Shown here: one piece after another, positions 26,164 to 38,700 of the stretch
Layout: each line of letters starts with the position of its first letter
Numbering within the stretch: position 1 is the first letter of the stretch
Source: Sphagnum compactum
Lineage: Eukaryota
Direction: 5' to 3'
Assembly: GCA_965153455.1 (NCBI GenBank)
Contig: OZ234493.1
Location: 34,958,213 to 35,022,212 of the forward strand
Length of the DNA: 64,000 bases
Position numbers and translations under genes: made by a program
The notes under the pieces: model-generated
Databases searched by the model: none
What the model was told of the DNA's origin: nothing
What the model saw: the letters and a program-made list of their open reading frames with translations, nothing else

Positions 26164-29100
26164 ATGTCACACATGTTATTTCAAGGAGGCCAACACCACC
26201 TTTTTGAAAAGTGGCCTCCACTTGGTAAAAATGACCAAGAGAAGATTTGCTTCTTAAAACAGGTTCTCCCACTTACTAGCATCATCTAATGACCAAATTG
26301 AAGATACAATTGGTTATTGAATATTTAATCACAATACATATTGTATTTGATAGATGGCTTTGTGCATTCTTTACTTAGCATCCTTTGAAATGTTCATTGT
26401 GTGTTTGGTTGGGTAGGTGGAAAAGCTTGATGCTACATACCCAGGAGGTTTGTTAACCTATGTTGAACGAGCAAAACAACTTATGGCTGATTATAAAAAT
26501 GAAAGGCAACTTTTTGAAGGCTACACTGCATCTGTAAGTCATTTTGTAAGCAATTTTCAATGTGTTATGGACAAGCACAAATTAAAGAAGATCATAACCA
26601 TCATCATATTCTTGTTATTTGCCTCTTGTGGATTTATGAAATTAAAAGGCATTTGGTTTTTGTAGATTAATTAATTGAAACATTTAAATATGAATTAGAG
26701 GATGGTTTATATGACAATTGCCTAAACTTGCACAAAAGAGATTCTCTATTTCCATTACTTGGACAAGATTTGAATCATCTCTTAATTTATACGAGATGAA
26801 AAAAAGTTTTGTTGAAAGTGGGAATTGATTCCATGTTGTTAATTGATCCATAGGCACCATTAGCTGAATGGTTGCATTTTGGGGATGAGAAATTTCAAAA
26901 GCTTGAAGAAAAAGGTGTGCAAGAAGCTTCCAAATGTGCTTTTGTGTTGGTGGCCGGAGGCCTAGGAGAGCGCATTGGCTATGATGGCCCCAAAGTGAAA
27001 CTTCTCCACCTCTTCACATTGGGTGTTCATCAATTTTCTACCAATGAAAGTTCCAAATAATTTTGTTGCCTTAAATTGACACAAATGCAACAAGTTCATA
27101 TTTGAGGCCATTTCAATGGTGGAACCAAATCGTTTCTACACTACAATCCAAGGCATTTGTTGAAACTCATTCTTCAATCTTATCTAACTAGTCATGTGCG
27201 AGTGACCCTCAAAATAAACACAATGAAATTAAAACCATGCAAAATCACACCCTCTTTGGGTTGTGACTTTCATTTAAGGGTTGTTTTTCACATTTCACAT
27301 CTACTTTTCACCTTTCGTATTCTATTAGCCTTCTCGTAGCTCTAGCCACCTCCTTTCATACCTACCAAGCGAGAATGAAAAAATGAGAGGGTGCCATTGT
27401 TGGCCTTATCCTACCTCACTTGTGAGTTTTCTTAGGTTCTTCATTAAGCAAGTACATTTTGCTCGAATTGGTAAGAGTGGTAGGGATTATGAGTTACATT
27501 ACTTCGTGTAGTCTAGGAAAATGGTCCCACTTAATGAAAAATATGATAGTATTTATAAGCAAATTGAACATGGGGAAGCATTATATGGAGAAAGAAGAAC
27601 ATTTTAGAGCATGATAAAAAATAACTTCAATTTTGCTTTGTTTTCCCTTATGGGCTTAGGTTAACATGCCTTCTAATGTGAAATTGTCAAAATTGAATAC
27701 AATTGTAGGTTACATTGCCTTCAGAAACATCAACAGGGATTTCTTTTCTAGAACTTTACATCCAAAATATTTTGGCACTCCAAAATACAAGTTGTAATGG
27801 TTAGTCATTACATTTTCAAAAATCATTCTTCAATATATTAGGGACTTTTTTTCTACTTCATGGTGTTAGACAATCAAGTCCATGTATTAAATTGAGGTAA
27901 TCTTCAATTTAGAATTGCATGCTTGTTGGCAATGAAAAACATATATGGTCCTTGATGTTAATATTTAGAATTATGTTTTCATGTTGGAACGATTAGAATC
28001 ACCAAAACATGTTTCATGATTATGTGCAATGGTCTATGTACGATGCAAATTAGACTACCTAAAAAGAAAGAGAATCACATTAAGGCTAAAAAGTGAGGTG
28101 CACCTATGTTGTATATGAAATGGGTTTGGATATGGGAAGAATGTCAAGGGGTGAACTATGAGTCATGCATGTTTTGAAGGCAAATGGTCTTATCTTTCTT
28201 GTCAATTCTTACAATGTAGAAGACAACTTGGAGCCAAGCTCTAGTCCCATCCCTCTTGTGATTATGACATCTGAAAAAGCACATGACCATATTTGGGACC
28301 TATTAATAACAAACAAGTTTTATGGCATGAAGCCCGAACAAATTCATCTTTTTAAGCAGGTTAATATTAAGTTTGATTTTGTAGCAAATGGTTCATATTT
28401 TTTTGTCACAAATAAATCACCCATGGTCCTTGTGAAATCATAAGTAGTAAAAAGTTGATGCATTTTTTTCATTGAATTGTTGTACTTGGGTTTTAGTAAA
28501 AAATAAATCATATCATTATGATTGAAAATGAAAATTGTAGAACTTACTAGTTTAGATTATGGACAATTAACACTATAATGTATGTTATGCAGGATATGGT
28601 AGTACCTTGTTTAGCAGACAAAGAAGGAAATATTGCTTTAGATCCTTTTAATCCCTTTCTTATTCAAGTAAAGCCAACACTTCCAAATTATCTCAAAGTG
28701 GGTTTGACTAGAACAATTAACTAATTACATACAAATAATAGATTGTTCATAATTTTTTGGAATGAATTGTACAATGTTGCCAATTTAGATCATAATTACA
28801 TCATGGCATTAAGAATGAATTCAAGACACGTTATAAGTCATCAAATTGGGATGTTGCTTTAAACATTTTTTTTTTCCTTTATGATGGTTTGTATTTTATT
28901 GTGGTGGGAAACTATGCTGAAGTTATATCACATTATCTTAAATAACAAGAACATGACAAACAATCATAGAATGGGTATTGGGTTTATAACTTTTGTTTTT
29001 GGATGTAGACAAAGCCACATGGGCATGGAGATGTACATGATCTTCTCCTAGCCAAAGGACATCTTAAAACTTGGTAAGCTATTGTTAACACTCCTTCACA

Positions 29101-32100
29101 ATCCTATACATGGTTGCATAACAAATCATATTATTTTTGAATGTTTATAGCCAATTAGTTGCACATCAAAGCATGGCCAAAAATTATAACTTCACATGTG
29201 CATTGTTTGGTGGGTGGGCATTGGGCATGGTGAACATCAATTATTGTTAACACCAATTACTTCCAACTTTTGAAAGGTTATATTTGAGTGAGAAAAAATC
29301 ACAATATTCAAAGTTATTGGAATGGTTTGCTTTGGTTATGTGAAATAGGCGAAGGGAAGGTCGAAAGTGGGTTGTAATCTTTGAAGAAACAAATGGATTG
29401 ATTTTCAAGGTATGGAACAAAGTTGAGCTAAAACTGTCCTATTGCCCAACCAATTTTCACTTCTTAGTTCATATCCGAAGTCTTCACAACAAATTATTAC
29501 AACAATAAAGTTATCCATAAAGTCACCTTCTCTTTCACCCCCTATCCCCTCTTTCAATGGTATATACAAATAAGGAAATTTTATTAAATCTCAATATGGA
29601 ATGCTAAAACTTAGGATTTAATGCACAAGGTTTGAGACTAATTATAGTAGTCGTATAAGAGCAGTGAAAATATATGTAGCAGTAATGGAGGCACTTAAGA
29701 AAAAAGAACTTGATAGTATGAAATTGAGTTTGCCACCAAATTTGGTGGAAAATTTAGTTTGGGTCCCATTTATTTCGTTTTGTAAATTTTTTATTCCCAA
29801 TCATGTGTTTGATGCCCTATTATGTTGAAGCTGGCCATTCTCACCCCTTAATCATGTGACTTTACAAATAACTCTAATAGATAATTAAATTACAAAATCT
29901 CATCCTTCTCTTTATGTAGGAATGGCATAATGCAATATATGTATATGCGTTAGCTTATAAGCACTAATAGATGCATGTAACCCTATAATTTATTGCCCCC
30001 CCAAATATCTCAATAACTAAAGTATTTTAACTTGGAATGTTATCATTGGAACAAGTTTCCCACACAACTCCAAGTGCTTGGTTGCAATGTTTCACAACAA
30101 TTTAATTGCCATGTTCCCAAAAAATAGGGGATACCATCACTATTGGGAGTGAGTGCACAAAAGGATTGGAATGTTAATTTTCTCACCATTCCTAGAAAGG
30201 CAAGGACACCAACTGATGGCATCTTGCAACTCACTCATACAAATGGTATGTTCTCTTTTTACTTGGTTTTGACCATGATACAAGGTCTATGGATTATTGG
30301 GCTTGATCATTGTGTATTATATTTGGGTCTATCTAGTTCCCATAATTGAAAATCTACTATGGCTTATTAAGGTAATTTTGTCTTTTTGATGCAAAACATC
30401 AAATTTATTACATTAAAAAAGGCCAATGGGTTGTATTAGGATCAACAATGACACGATATTTTCATCAAGTGTTTTCAATGTTATGTGCAATGGGTCATGA
30501 TCATCTAGATCACAATGACTTGGTGACAAATGTCTCCCCCATTCCATCAAGCATAAATGTGGTGAGATTTTAATCAAGAACACCCATAACTTATAATATC
30601 TATATATTAAGATAGGCGTTTGTTTTGTTTGTGCACACCTTAACCCTCCTGAATTTGTTAAATATTTAAAATGGTGAGAATAAAATTTATATTAATTTTT
30701 TAAACACTTAAATTACCTAAGGGTAAATCATATAATTCTAGATGTATAAGATCATGGTCAAGTATAATTAACAAATGCCTTAACTTCAAAGTTGGAATTA
30801 TGTCCATGTGTAGGTATAATAGATGATCTTGATAGTATTTCAAATTATGGCCCCCTAAATGTATTTACCTAGAAATTAGTGACTCTAGTAATAACCTAGT
30901 AGACCTAGTGTCTACATCATTATACATCATTAAACAAGCTTATACATCATTATATTGGTTTATATTGAGGTATTAAATCACCCCCAAAGCCTCCATAAAT
31001 TTAGACCCGGACATCTAATTAAAATTACATACTAAAAGCTTTATTAGTTTAACATGGTGTAATCCACAAACAAGGGGAAATTTTAGCATTACGAAGAATT
31101 GGGGAAATTGAAAGATGATGTTTTCAATAATGATCCTCACATTGTCTACCACTTATTATAACAAAAAAATAATAATGTATGATGTTCCAAAGAAATTGAA
31201 AGGATTAACAAAAGTGCAAACATGCTAACAAAAGTGAAAATGCATCCACTAGTTGTAGATGGTGCTAAAATTGGGGCCATACATAGATGAGCTTTCAAAG
31301 TATAGAGTCCTTGGAGGCATTCCTGATGCTTTAGCTCCCATGTAAGAAATGCTTCATTTTGAAGAATACCTCATATAAGTCAATATTGCTTTCAAATCTC
31401 TAGCATGAATAAACCTAGCAAAAATCAAATTTGTGTTTGTGGAGTTTTTAAATGGATAGAAGTTGAATGACAACATTTGGGATGTTCATGGATCTCTAGA
31501 TGTATATTATATTAGGTCCTCACTTAATGGTGTCGAGTTTGCTTACCATGAACACATTAGTTGGCATATATGCCATTTGCTAGTATACCAACCATTGGAC
31601 AACTATTGGTGAATCAATGGTAGGTATAAGGATGCAAACAACATGGAATTTTATACAACACCAAGACTCGAAGCCATGATGCAAGATTATACTCGACTTT
31701 TGGAAAGCTCTGAAAATGTGGGATGTACGGTAAGAAAACAAGTCTTTGGAAATTCAATTAATTATAATAATATGAGGTATGTAGCTTGCCACCAATATGT
31801 TGTTTCAATAATGTCACAAACACTTTTTATAAAAATAAATCTAATGATCAATTACATAAAATGATGTCATTTCATGTTCCAACAATAGTTGAATATTAAT
31901 TTCATGGCACAAGTAGTTGAATTGTTTCCCGATTTGTAGGTGTTGGAGGCTTGGTTAGTTTATGCCCCAATTGCAAATAATCACAAATGTGAACCAAAGG
32001 CAACATTTTTGTTCCACCTTTTCATTCGGGATTTTGTGTCCAACCTCTACATTTACATGACATGGTTGCTTGTACAATCTGCTAGAAAATGCATGAACGA

Positions 32101-35100
32101 ATATTTAAAAATGGTTTGCAAATATTTTACATCCAAAAAAACCTAGATTGTGTTAGAATTTCTTTATTAGCATTATGATTAGTACTTTGGGAAGATTATG
32201 GCCTTCTTCCTAACTTTGTTAAGGTCAATTGCTCGCAATGTTCTATGCAATCGGCACATAAAACATTGTGAGGTTTAACAAATAGTCTATAAAGTTCCTA
32301 CCAGCTTGTTAAAATCTCTCCCAAATGTCAATGTTGTCAAATGATGGCCATTGGTTAGACATAATCTGCATCCACCTATCTCTTAACCAAGTCTTCCCAA
32401 TTTTGCCATTACTTAATAGAATTATTGTAAAGTCACCTTGTCTTCACCTTGTTTTTGGGCCTCCTTTCCACCCCTATTTCCTCTTTTTGTGGTATTAACA
32501 AAGTAAGGAAAATTTATCAAATCTCAATATAAAATGTTAAAATTCATCTATTAATGCACAAGGTTCAAGAATAATTATAATAGTTGTATAAATGGGAACT
32601 CATGTTGGAAATTAATAGGTGCCCGGTTATTGTTGGAATCATAGCCCTACAACTGGAGAAATGGCCATCTACAAAGCAAATTGTCTCATCCTCCGAAAGG
32701 CATTTTCAACATTAACTAACAACCTATCAAATACCCAAAAAAATCTTTTTGAATTGTAGTATTCTAAACTAGTCTAAAGATGGTTGTGTGTGACAACACA
32801 CTAAGCCTTCTCCAAGTCATTATTATTCCATGGCCTTCATAATTCCCAAAAATGTATTTGGAACAATGGATGAACTATGCCAATTTCCACTTACAAATAT
32901 CAACATTTTGTGATGTGGCCAACATAGGAATAGAAATTGTACCCAATAATATGTAGCAAGTAAAGGGGGTGGGGGGGGTATCTACATTTGTAAAGTGGAC
33001 CACTCGTGCACTATTTCAAACATTCCATACCCTTTTCCATTTTGTAAATCATAAATTTGGGGTTTCAAATAATGGATGGATGGGCCTCATGAAGACCCAT
33101 CTTCACACATGAGTTGAAGAACCTTGGACACGAGTAATTCAAAATCCCATGAATTCTTCCAAAAGGCCATACCTAAAATGAATTTTGAGTGGGCATGGGT
33201 TCTTTAAGTGTAATGTGAAATGAAAATGAAGTAGGTTGATATAACTATTCATATTTTAATTCCATCTAGATTTACCCTTCCAAGAATATATTAAACAATA
33301 TTTCCCAACCTCTAATCATGGCTCTTAACTTGACATGGAGCCCATGAATTTTTTCAAACATCTATTTAAGGTGGGCCCAATGCAAATTCCAAGAAACTCT
33401 AGACTATTCTATTTTTGTTATCATGTAAGATTCCATGTAGACTTTTCATCCATTTTGATTTTCAAGGGCCCTCAAGCCCATAGCTCTTAGAGTGAAGCAA
33501 ACTCGAACTCCAAACTCCTTGAGATTTTCAGAGACACATAAAATATATGTCTTCTATATATGCGTAAAATTTCAGCTCTATATATGCCACAACCTTTTAC
33601 TCTAATCAATGATTTTTGAGTTTCATGGTCCAATGGTTCATAACTATAATATGAAGTCCTTTAAAGTACCATGGCATCTAATTTGCATATGGCAAATTAA
33701 TCAAACAACCATATAGTGCATACATGATAAGGTGGAAGTTTCATTAACTTCTTGGAAATCACTATCTTGTTCTAGTCTTATTTCAATAGTTGGAATATGC
33801 AGGCAACCATGGAAATAGAAGACCCAATAGTGGAGGAGTATAATGGACACATTGTGGATTTATGGCCAAGAGTAGTGTGGTTGCCTTCTTGGGCTCTCAC
33901 ATTCAAGGATGTTTGCAACAATATTGTTGGCCCTTCCCTTTGCAATGGCTTCATTTCCCAACGTTCCACTCTTCTAATTTTTAGTGACCACCTCATCCTT
34001 GACAATATCCATTTGGATGGCACCCTCATCCTAATCTCTATCCCCGGAGCCCATGTAAGATTAATTTTTTATTTTCCTTTTTTCAATTAATTGATAGCCC
34101 ATATGTCTCCTATTCCATGAAAATATTTGTATATTAAAAACCCTTTCCTATCTTTTCTTATGTTATTTATATACACATTTATACCTTGTGATATGTATGA
34201 ATTTAGAATATTGTTATCAAATTGAATTTACATCCTTCATAGATTCATAATACAAATGTAGTAATTCAATTGGTCCATTCTAGTGTTGGTCGATTATTGA
34301 ATTTTGACATGGTTATTAATTCAAATATTAAGAACCTACAAGCTAGTTCTTGATGTTTTGATAACCACTTGTTATTAAATTTCAAAATCTAATAACCTCC
34401 CTAGATGATTTGATTATCATCTAGGTAGGTTATCAATCATTGAAACTAATACAAATTTTAAACAAGAAAATTAACCTTTTATTTTCTTAAAACACTATAA
34501 CAAATGTATAACTAGCAAGTTAATTAGGGGTTATTGACAACCTATTTGATAACCTATTTGGCACCCAATTTTTTCATATTAATAATGACAATTGAGTGGT
34601 TCCGAAAAAAATTAAGAAAAACCCTACCTAGAGGTTATTTAAAAAACCAATAATTGGCCAACATTGGTTCATTCATATTACTTGATCACAAGATTGATAT
34701 GAAAGTGTCTACCATGACATTGCCATTAGAAGGTTTGTGTATTGGGGAGTATTGTTTTGATGCTTTTTAGCCTAAATGTTCACCTTGGAATGATGTGTTC
34801 TATTGGGAAAAGGTCTTGGTCATTTACCTAGGAATTTTTTCAATTTTGGGTTGCAAACATATGAGTAAAAACTCAGTGAACTATAAGATGTAAACTTGAG
34901 TAGGTACTCACTAAATGTAAGAACTTCTTGGGCATAATTAAGTTATTTGAAAATGGTAGCACTACATTGCCATATCCAAGATGTGCCCATGAAACCTAAT
35001 GTTCATAAACCTTGGTTCCATTACTTGGATTTGACCGAAATACAAGTACTATGTGCCAAGTACTAAGTCATTTTTCCATAACACTAGGAAAAATGGCTCA

Positions 35101-35334
35101 CATGTTAAGTTGTTTGTTGCAAAGTTCACAAACATATGGGTTGTTGATATCTAGGTGAAGGTGACAAATGTGCGTGTGCACAACAAGGGTTGGCAAATCA
35201 CAACCATCAATGCTCGGGATCAATCTTTGTCAAAGGAGATCAAGTTGCGAGGCCTCCACATTCACAAATTAGAACAAATTGTTTTCAAATTTGATCATAA
35301 GGGTCCTTGTTCTATAGCCAATGTTACACTATGA
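26164..35334 (+). CDS. USP: Divergent UDP-sugar pyrophosphorylase (USP)-like protein. Exons: 26164-26262 (5' end uncertain), 26417-26533, 26854-26994, 27709-27799, 28220-28359, 28593-28667, 29009-29073, 29349-29409, 30128-30245, 30440-30561, 31259-31341, 31624-31729, 31940-31999, 32619-32699, 33803-34054, 35155-35334, possibly with an unresolved extra 5' exon
   Basis: Colinear USP motifs: [101 protein letters not shown]. Every junction phase is consistent and there is no internal stop. Confidence 0.88.
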
Positions 35335-35459
35335 TATTGGTATGGGATTTATTCTCTTGATACAAAAAGGTTTCAATTTTGTTTATGTAACAAAAAAAAT
35401 TCTTTTACTATTGTGTTGAAATTGTAAGGCCATTTGTTGAGTGACTTGGTTGGGTATGG

Positions 35460-35702
35460 AGTTGGATACAAAATTTGCAAAATTTCGCCATTTTGTGAAA
35501 ATATTTTTTTTGTTACAAAATTCCTTTTTCTAAAACAATCAATTTTTTTTCAAAATTAAAAAAATTTTCCATGATTGCCTGTAATATGAAAAGGTGTTTA
35601 AGATTTTATTCTTCCATATTTTAAATATTGCAAAATTTGGCTAAACATATTTATTTACTATTGCCACTTGAACAACATCATGAAATTGAAAAAAAAAAAT
35701 GG
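35460..35702. mobile_element. Diverged family A-related MITE-like repeat just 3' of the USP-like gene
   Basis: Shares the block CAAAATTTGGCTAAA...GCCACTTGAACAACATCATGAAATTGAAAAAAAAAA with the end of the family A copies. Confidence 0.55.
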
Positions 35703-38700
35703 TTGGTAGTGGATTAAGTAGATAATAATAACTACCATTTGTTTTAATACACATAATTAAACATGGTTTTCATAAGCATTATGCCACTTTTACTTGAAAT
35801 AACAATGAACAATTGTTAATGACCTCTTTTGTAAACTCAGAAACAATTCTAAAAAGTTTTGTGTAATGAATATGGGGTAAACAATGTGCAAGCCTTCTTA
35901 CCTCCCTAAAACATCAAGGTTCTTTGAAGAGTTTTATATCATGATGCAAAATGTAGATTTTAGGCCCCCTTTACACTATGGTGAGGGATTTTGACCATGG
36001 AAATGTTGAGAGTTCTCAAAACAAATCCAAAGGTCATCTCCCTTATAAATTTAAAAATAATTTATGTGGGGGCCTAGGTTGTCAAGTGTAAATGAAAACA
36101 TGCTTTATTGAACTTCCAACATATTATTATAATGAAGCCAAAAGAGGTAATTAACTATTTTATGTAAATCTTGATTTTAACTTGATATTTTATGTAATTT
36201 TTTAAACTATTGGTTTAGGGTTTTTGTTTTTGTTTTTCTTCTTCAATTTCGTTCCATTTTTTCTTTCTCCACATTTTCATTTTCTTCATTCAACAAGTAA
36301 AGATTGCCATGGATCATAGAAGAGAGAAAAAAATATGTAAAACAAATTGACCAATCCCAACTTTTGGGGACCATGGGTTAACAAGGCATCACAAACACGC
36401 GATGTTGTACATCTACATACTACATCCACACTCTGAGCACCAAAAAAATCCATTCCAATCTAAACAGTCTAAACACTTTCACCAAAGAAACTGGTTCACC
36501 TAATGTGAAGCCGGTTTGCACACCCACCTTCAAAAACATTATTAAGAAAATTTGAAAAAAAATCATGACAAAAAGTTTCTTGGGTTTAATGGTCTAACAA
36601 ATGTCCAACCCACTTCTTTGAAAATTTATTTTTAAAAAATCTAAGTTTGGATCATCAAAATCTAACCGATCATGGTTATTTGGGCTCATGGTCTAACGAA
36701 CTTTGCTACATGGCCCACTTAATTGAACTCATTGCTAGGTTCACTTCAAACAAGTAGCCTAATGCAAAGTCTATTAAACCATGAAACAATATCCATAGTG
36801 TAGTTAATATTGATTTTTCATCCATTTATATATTCCCTAAACCCTTGGTGTTTCAAACTCGTGTAAATTAAACTTGAACCTTAAAAAATGGTTTTTCCTT
36901 CAATCATAAATGTTGTATTTTTATAGTCATGGGGTTTCTCATTCTAATGTAAAGGAGACCTTAGTTGAGATAAAGTGCACATGAGGAAGATATAAGGTTT
37001 GGAAGAGGGGGGGGAGGGGGGGTGAGTTTCTCTCTCTTTGGACAAGTTTGTTCTCTCTTCTTCTTGTTTCATTTTTGTTGGTCCTTTTTTTTTGGAGTTC
37101 AAAGATGTTTTGTTAAGCTTCACTTGTTACACCCATGGCCATCAAGATCTTTGAAAAAAGACAAAAAATCAAGAAGATATGATAAATATTTTGAACAATA
37201 AAATACAATACCTATCATTTTAAGAAGTGCAATAGGGATTGATGTTAGTATAATTCTATTTTAATCTCATATCATTTGTCCAAAGTTGAACTTTCACCAA
37301 CCATATAAATACATAATATGCCTTATACCTCTTTTCATTAAAAAAATGCAAACAATGTTTCTTGGAAATATAATAGTTAGCTAACTAATTTTTCCTTCCT
37401 TTACAAATTTAGTTTTATTTAATTATTAATTTAATTTAATTTTCCACCTAATATTTTCCACTCAAATATTTAATATTGGAAGGAAGGTAGTGGGCAACCA
37501 CTCGATACTATTTTCCACATCATTAATTTTTATTTTTTTATGGTGGCTCACCGAAAAAATCTAGTGGCTCCTTATTAGCTTTTCCCCTAATGTTTAAGAC
37601 AAAGTATTGGGTGGCCATCCAATGTTGTTTTCTCTTTTTGCTTTGAAATTTGTTTTGGGTCTATTGTTTGATTAACATTTTCTTCCTAATTGTGGGAAAA
37701 ACAATGTTAGTTGAATGATCAAATGTTTTTCTTTTTCTGGTTTTTGTACGGATGTTTAATATGAAACATTAGTTGAATGGCCCATGCATTTTTTTGGAAT
37801 TTTTTTCAAACCTTTTTGGAAAAAGCTTAATACTTTTTTTGCATTTTTTTTTGCTTTTGGAGGATGGGTTAAAAAAAACCAGGTTAATCAAATTTTTACT
37901 TATCAAAATCCCAATATTTTTTTTGAAAAATTATTGTATGAAAATATTATGATTTTAATCAAATTTTAATTAAATTAAAATTAAATGGATTTATGGAGTA
38001 GCACCAAAATGGGACACAAAGGAAATATAGTGCAAAACAATTATTTTGCAATGAATCACTTGACTCATGTGATCCAAAGTAATTATAATTTATTTTAAAT
38101 TTATTTTTTTGTGGGATGAGTTTTTTCAGATAAGTGACCAAAAATTTGATGTTGTGCCAAATTTTTAATACATTCATGTGAAAAAAATTTGAAAGGAAAG
38201 ATCTCTAAAAGCAAAAAAATTTAAGGGTTTAAGGGTTTTGGAAAACATACTTGGGATTGAAAAATTGTGGAACTTTTTTGTAGCCACCATATGATTTTAA
38301 AGAATTTAGGGTTTGGGTATCACAAAATGCATGGTTAAAACACACAAGATGACAAAGGGAATAATATTTTGGGTAATTATGATGACACCGTTACTTAATC
38401 ATCGAGTTGTGAATAGAATTTGGAGATTTAGAAAGATAAATTGAAGTCAAATGTAACTAAAGTCAAAGAAAACAATAGTAATGAATTTGGGGTTTAGGTG
38501 TTTAGTTAGCTTTTGATTTAAGCATTGGGGAATTGTTGTCTTTTGTTTTTTTCTTACATTTCACTTTGTGCTTGGCCTATGCTTTCATTTTGCATTATTG
38601 TTTTTTGTTGCCATTATTATAAAATGTGTGTTTAGGCAAGTTTTTGTGTTTTCAAATGCGTGTCTTTTTAAGTACATGTACTGTGTTGCCTCCTTCTTTT

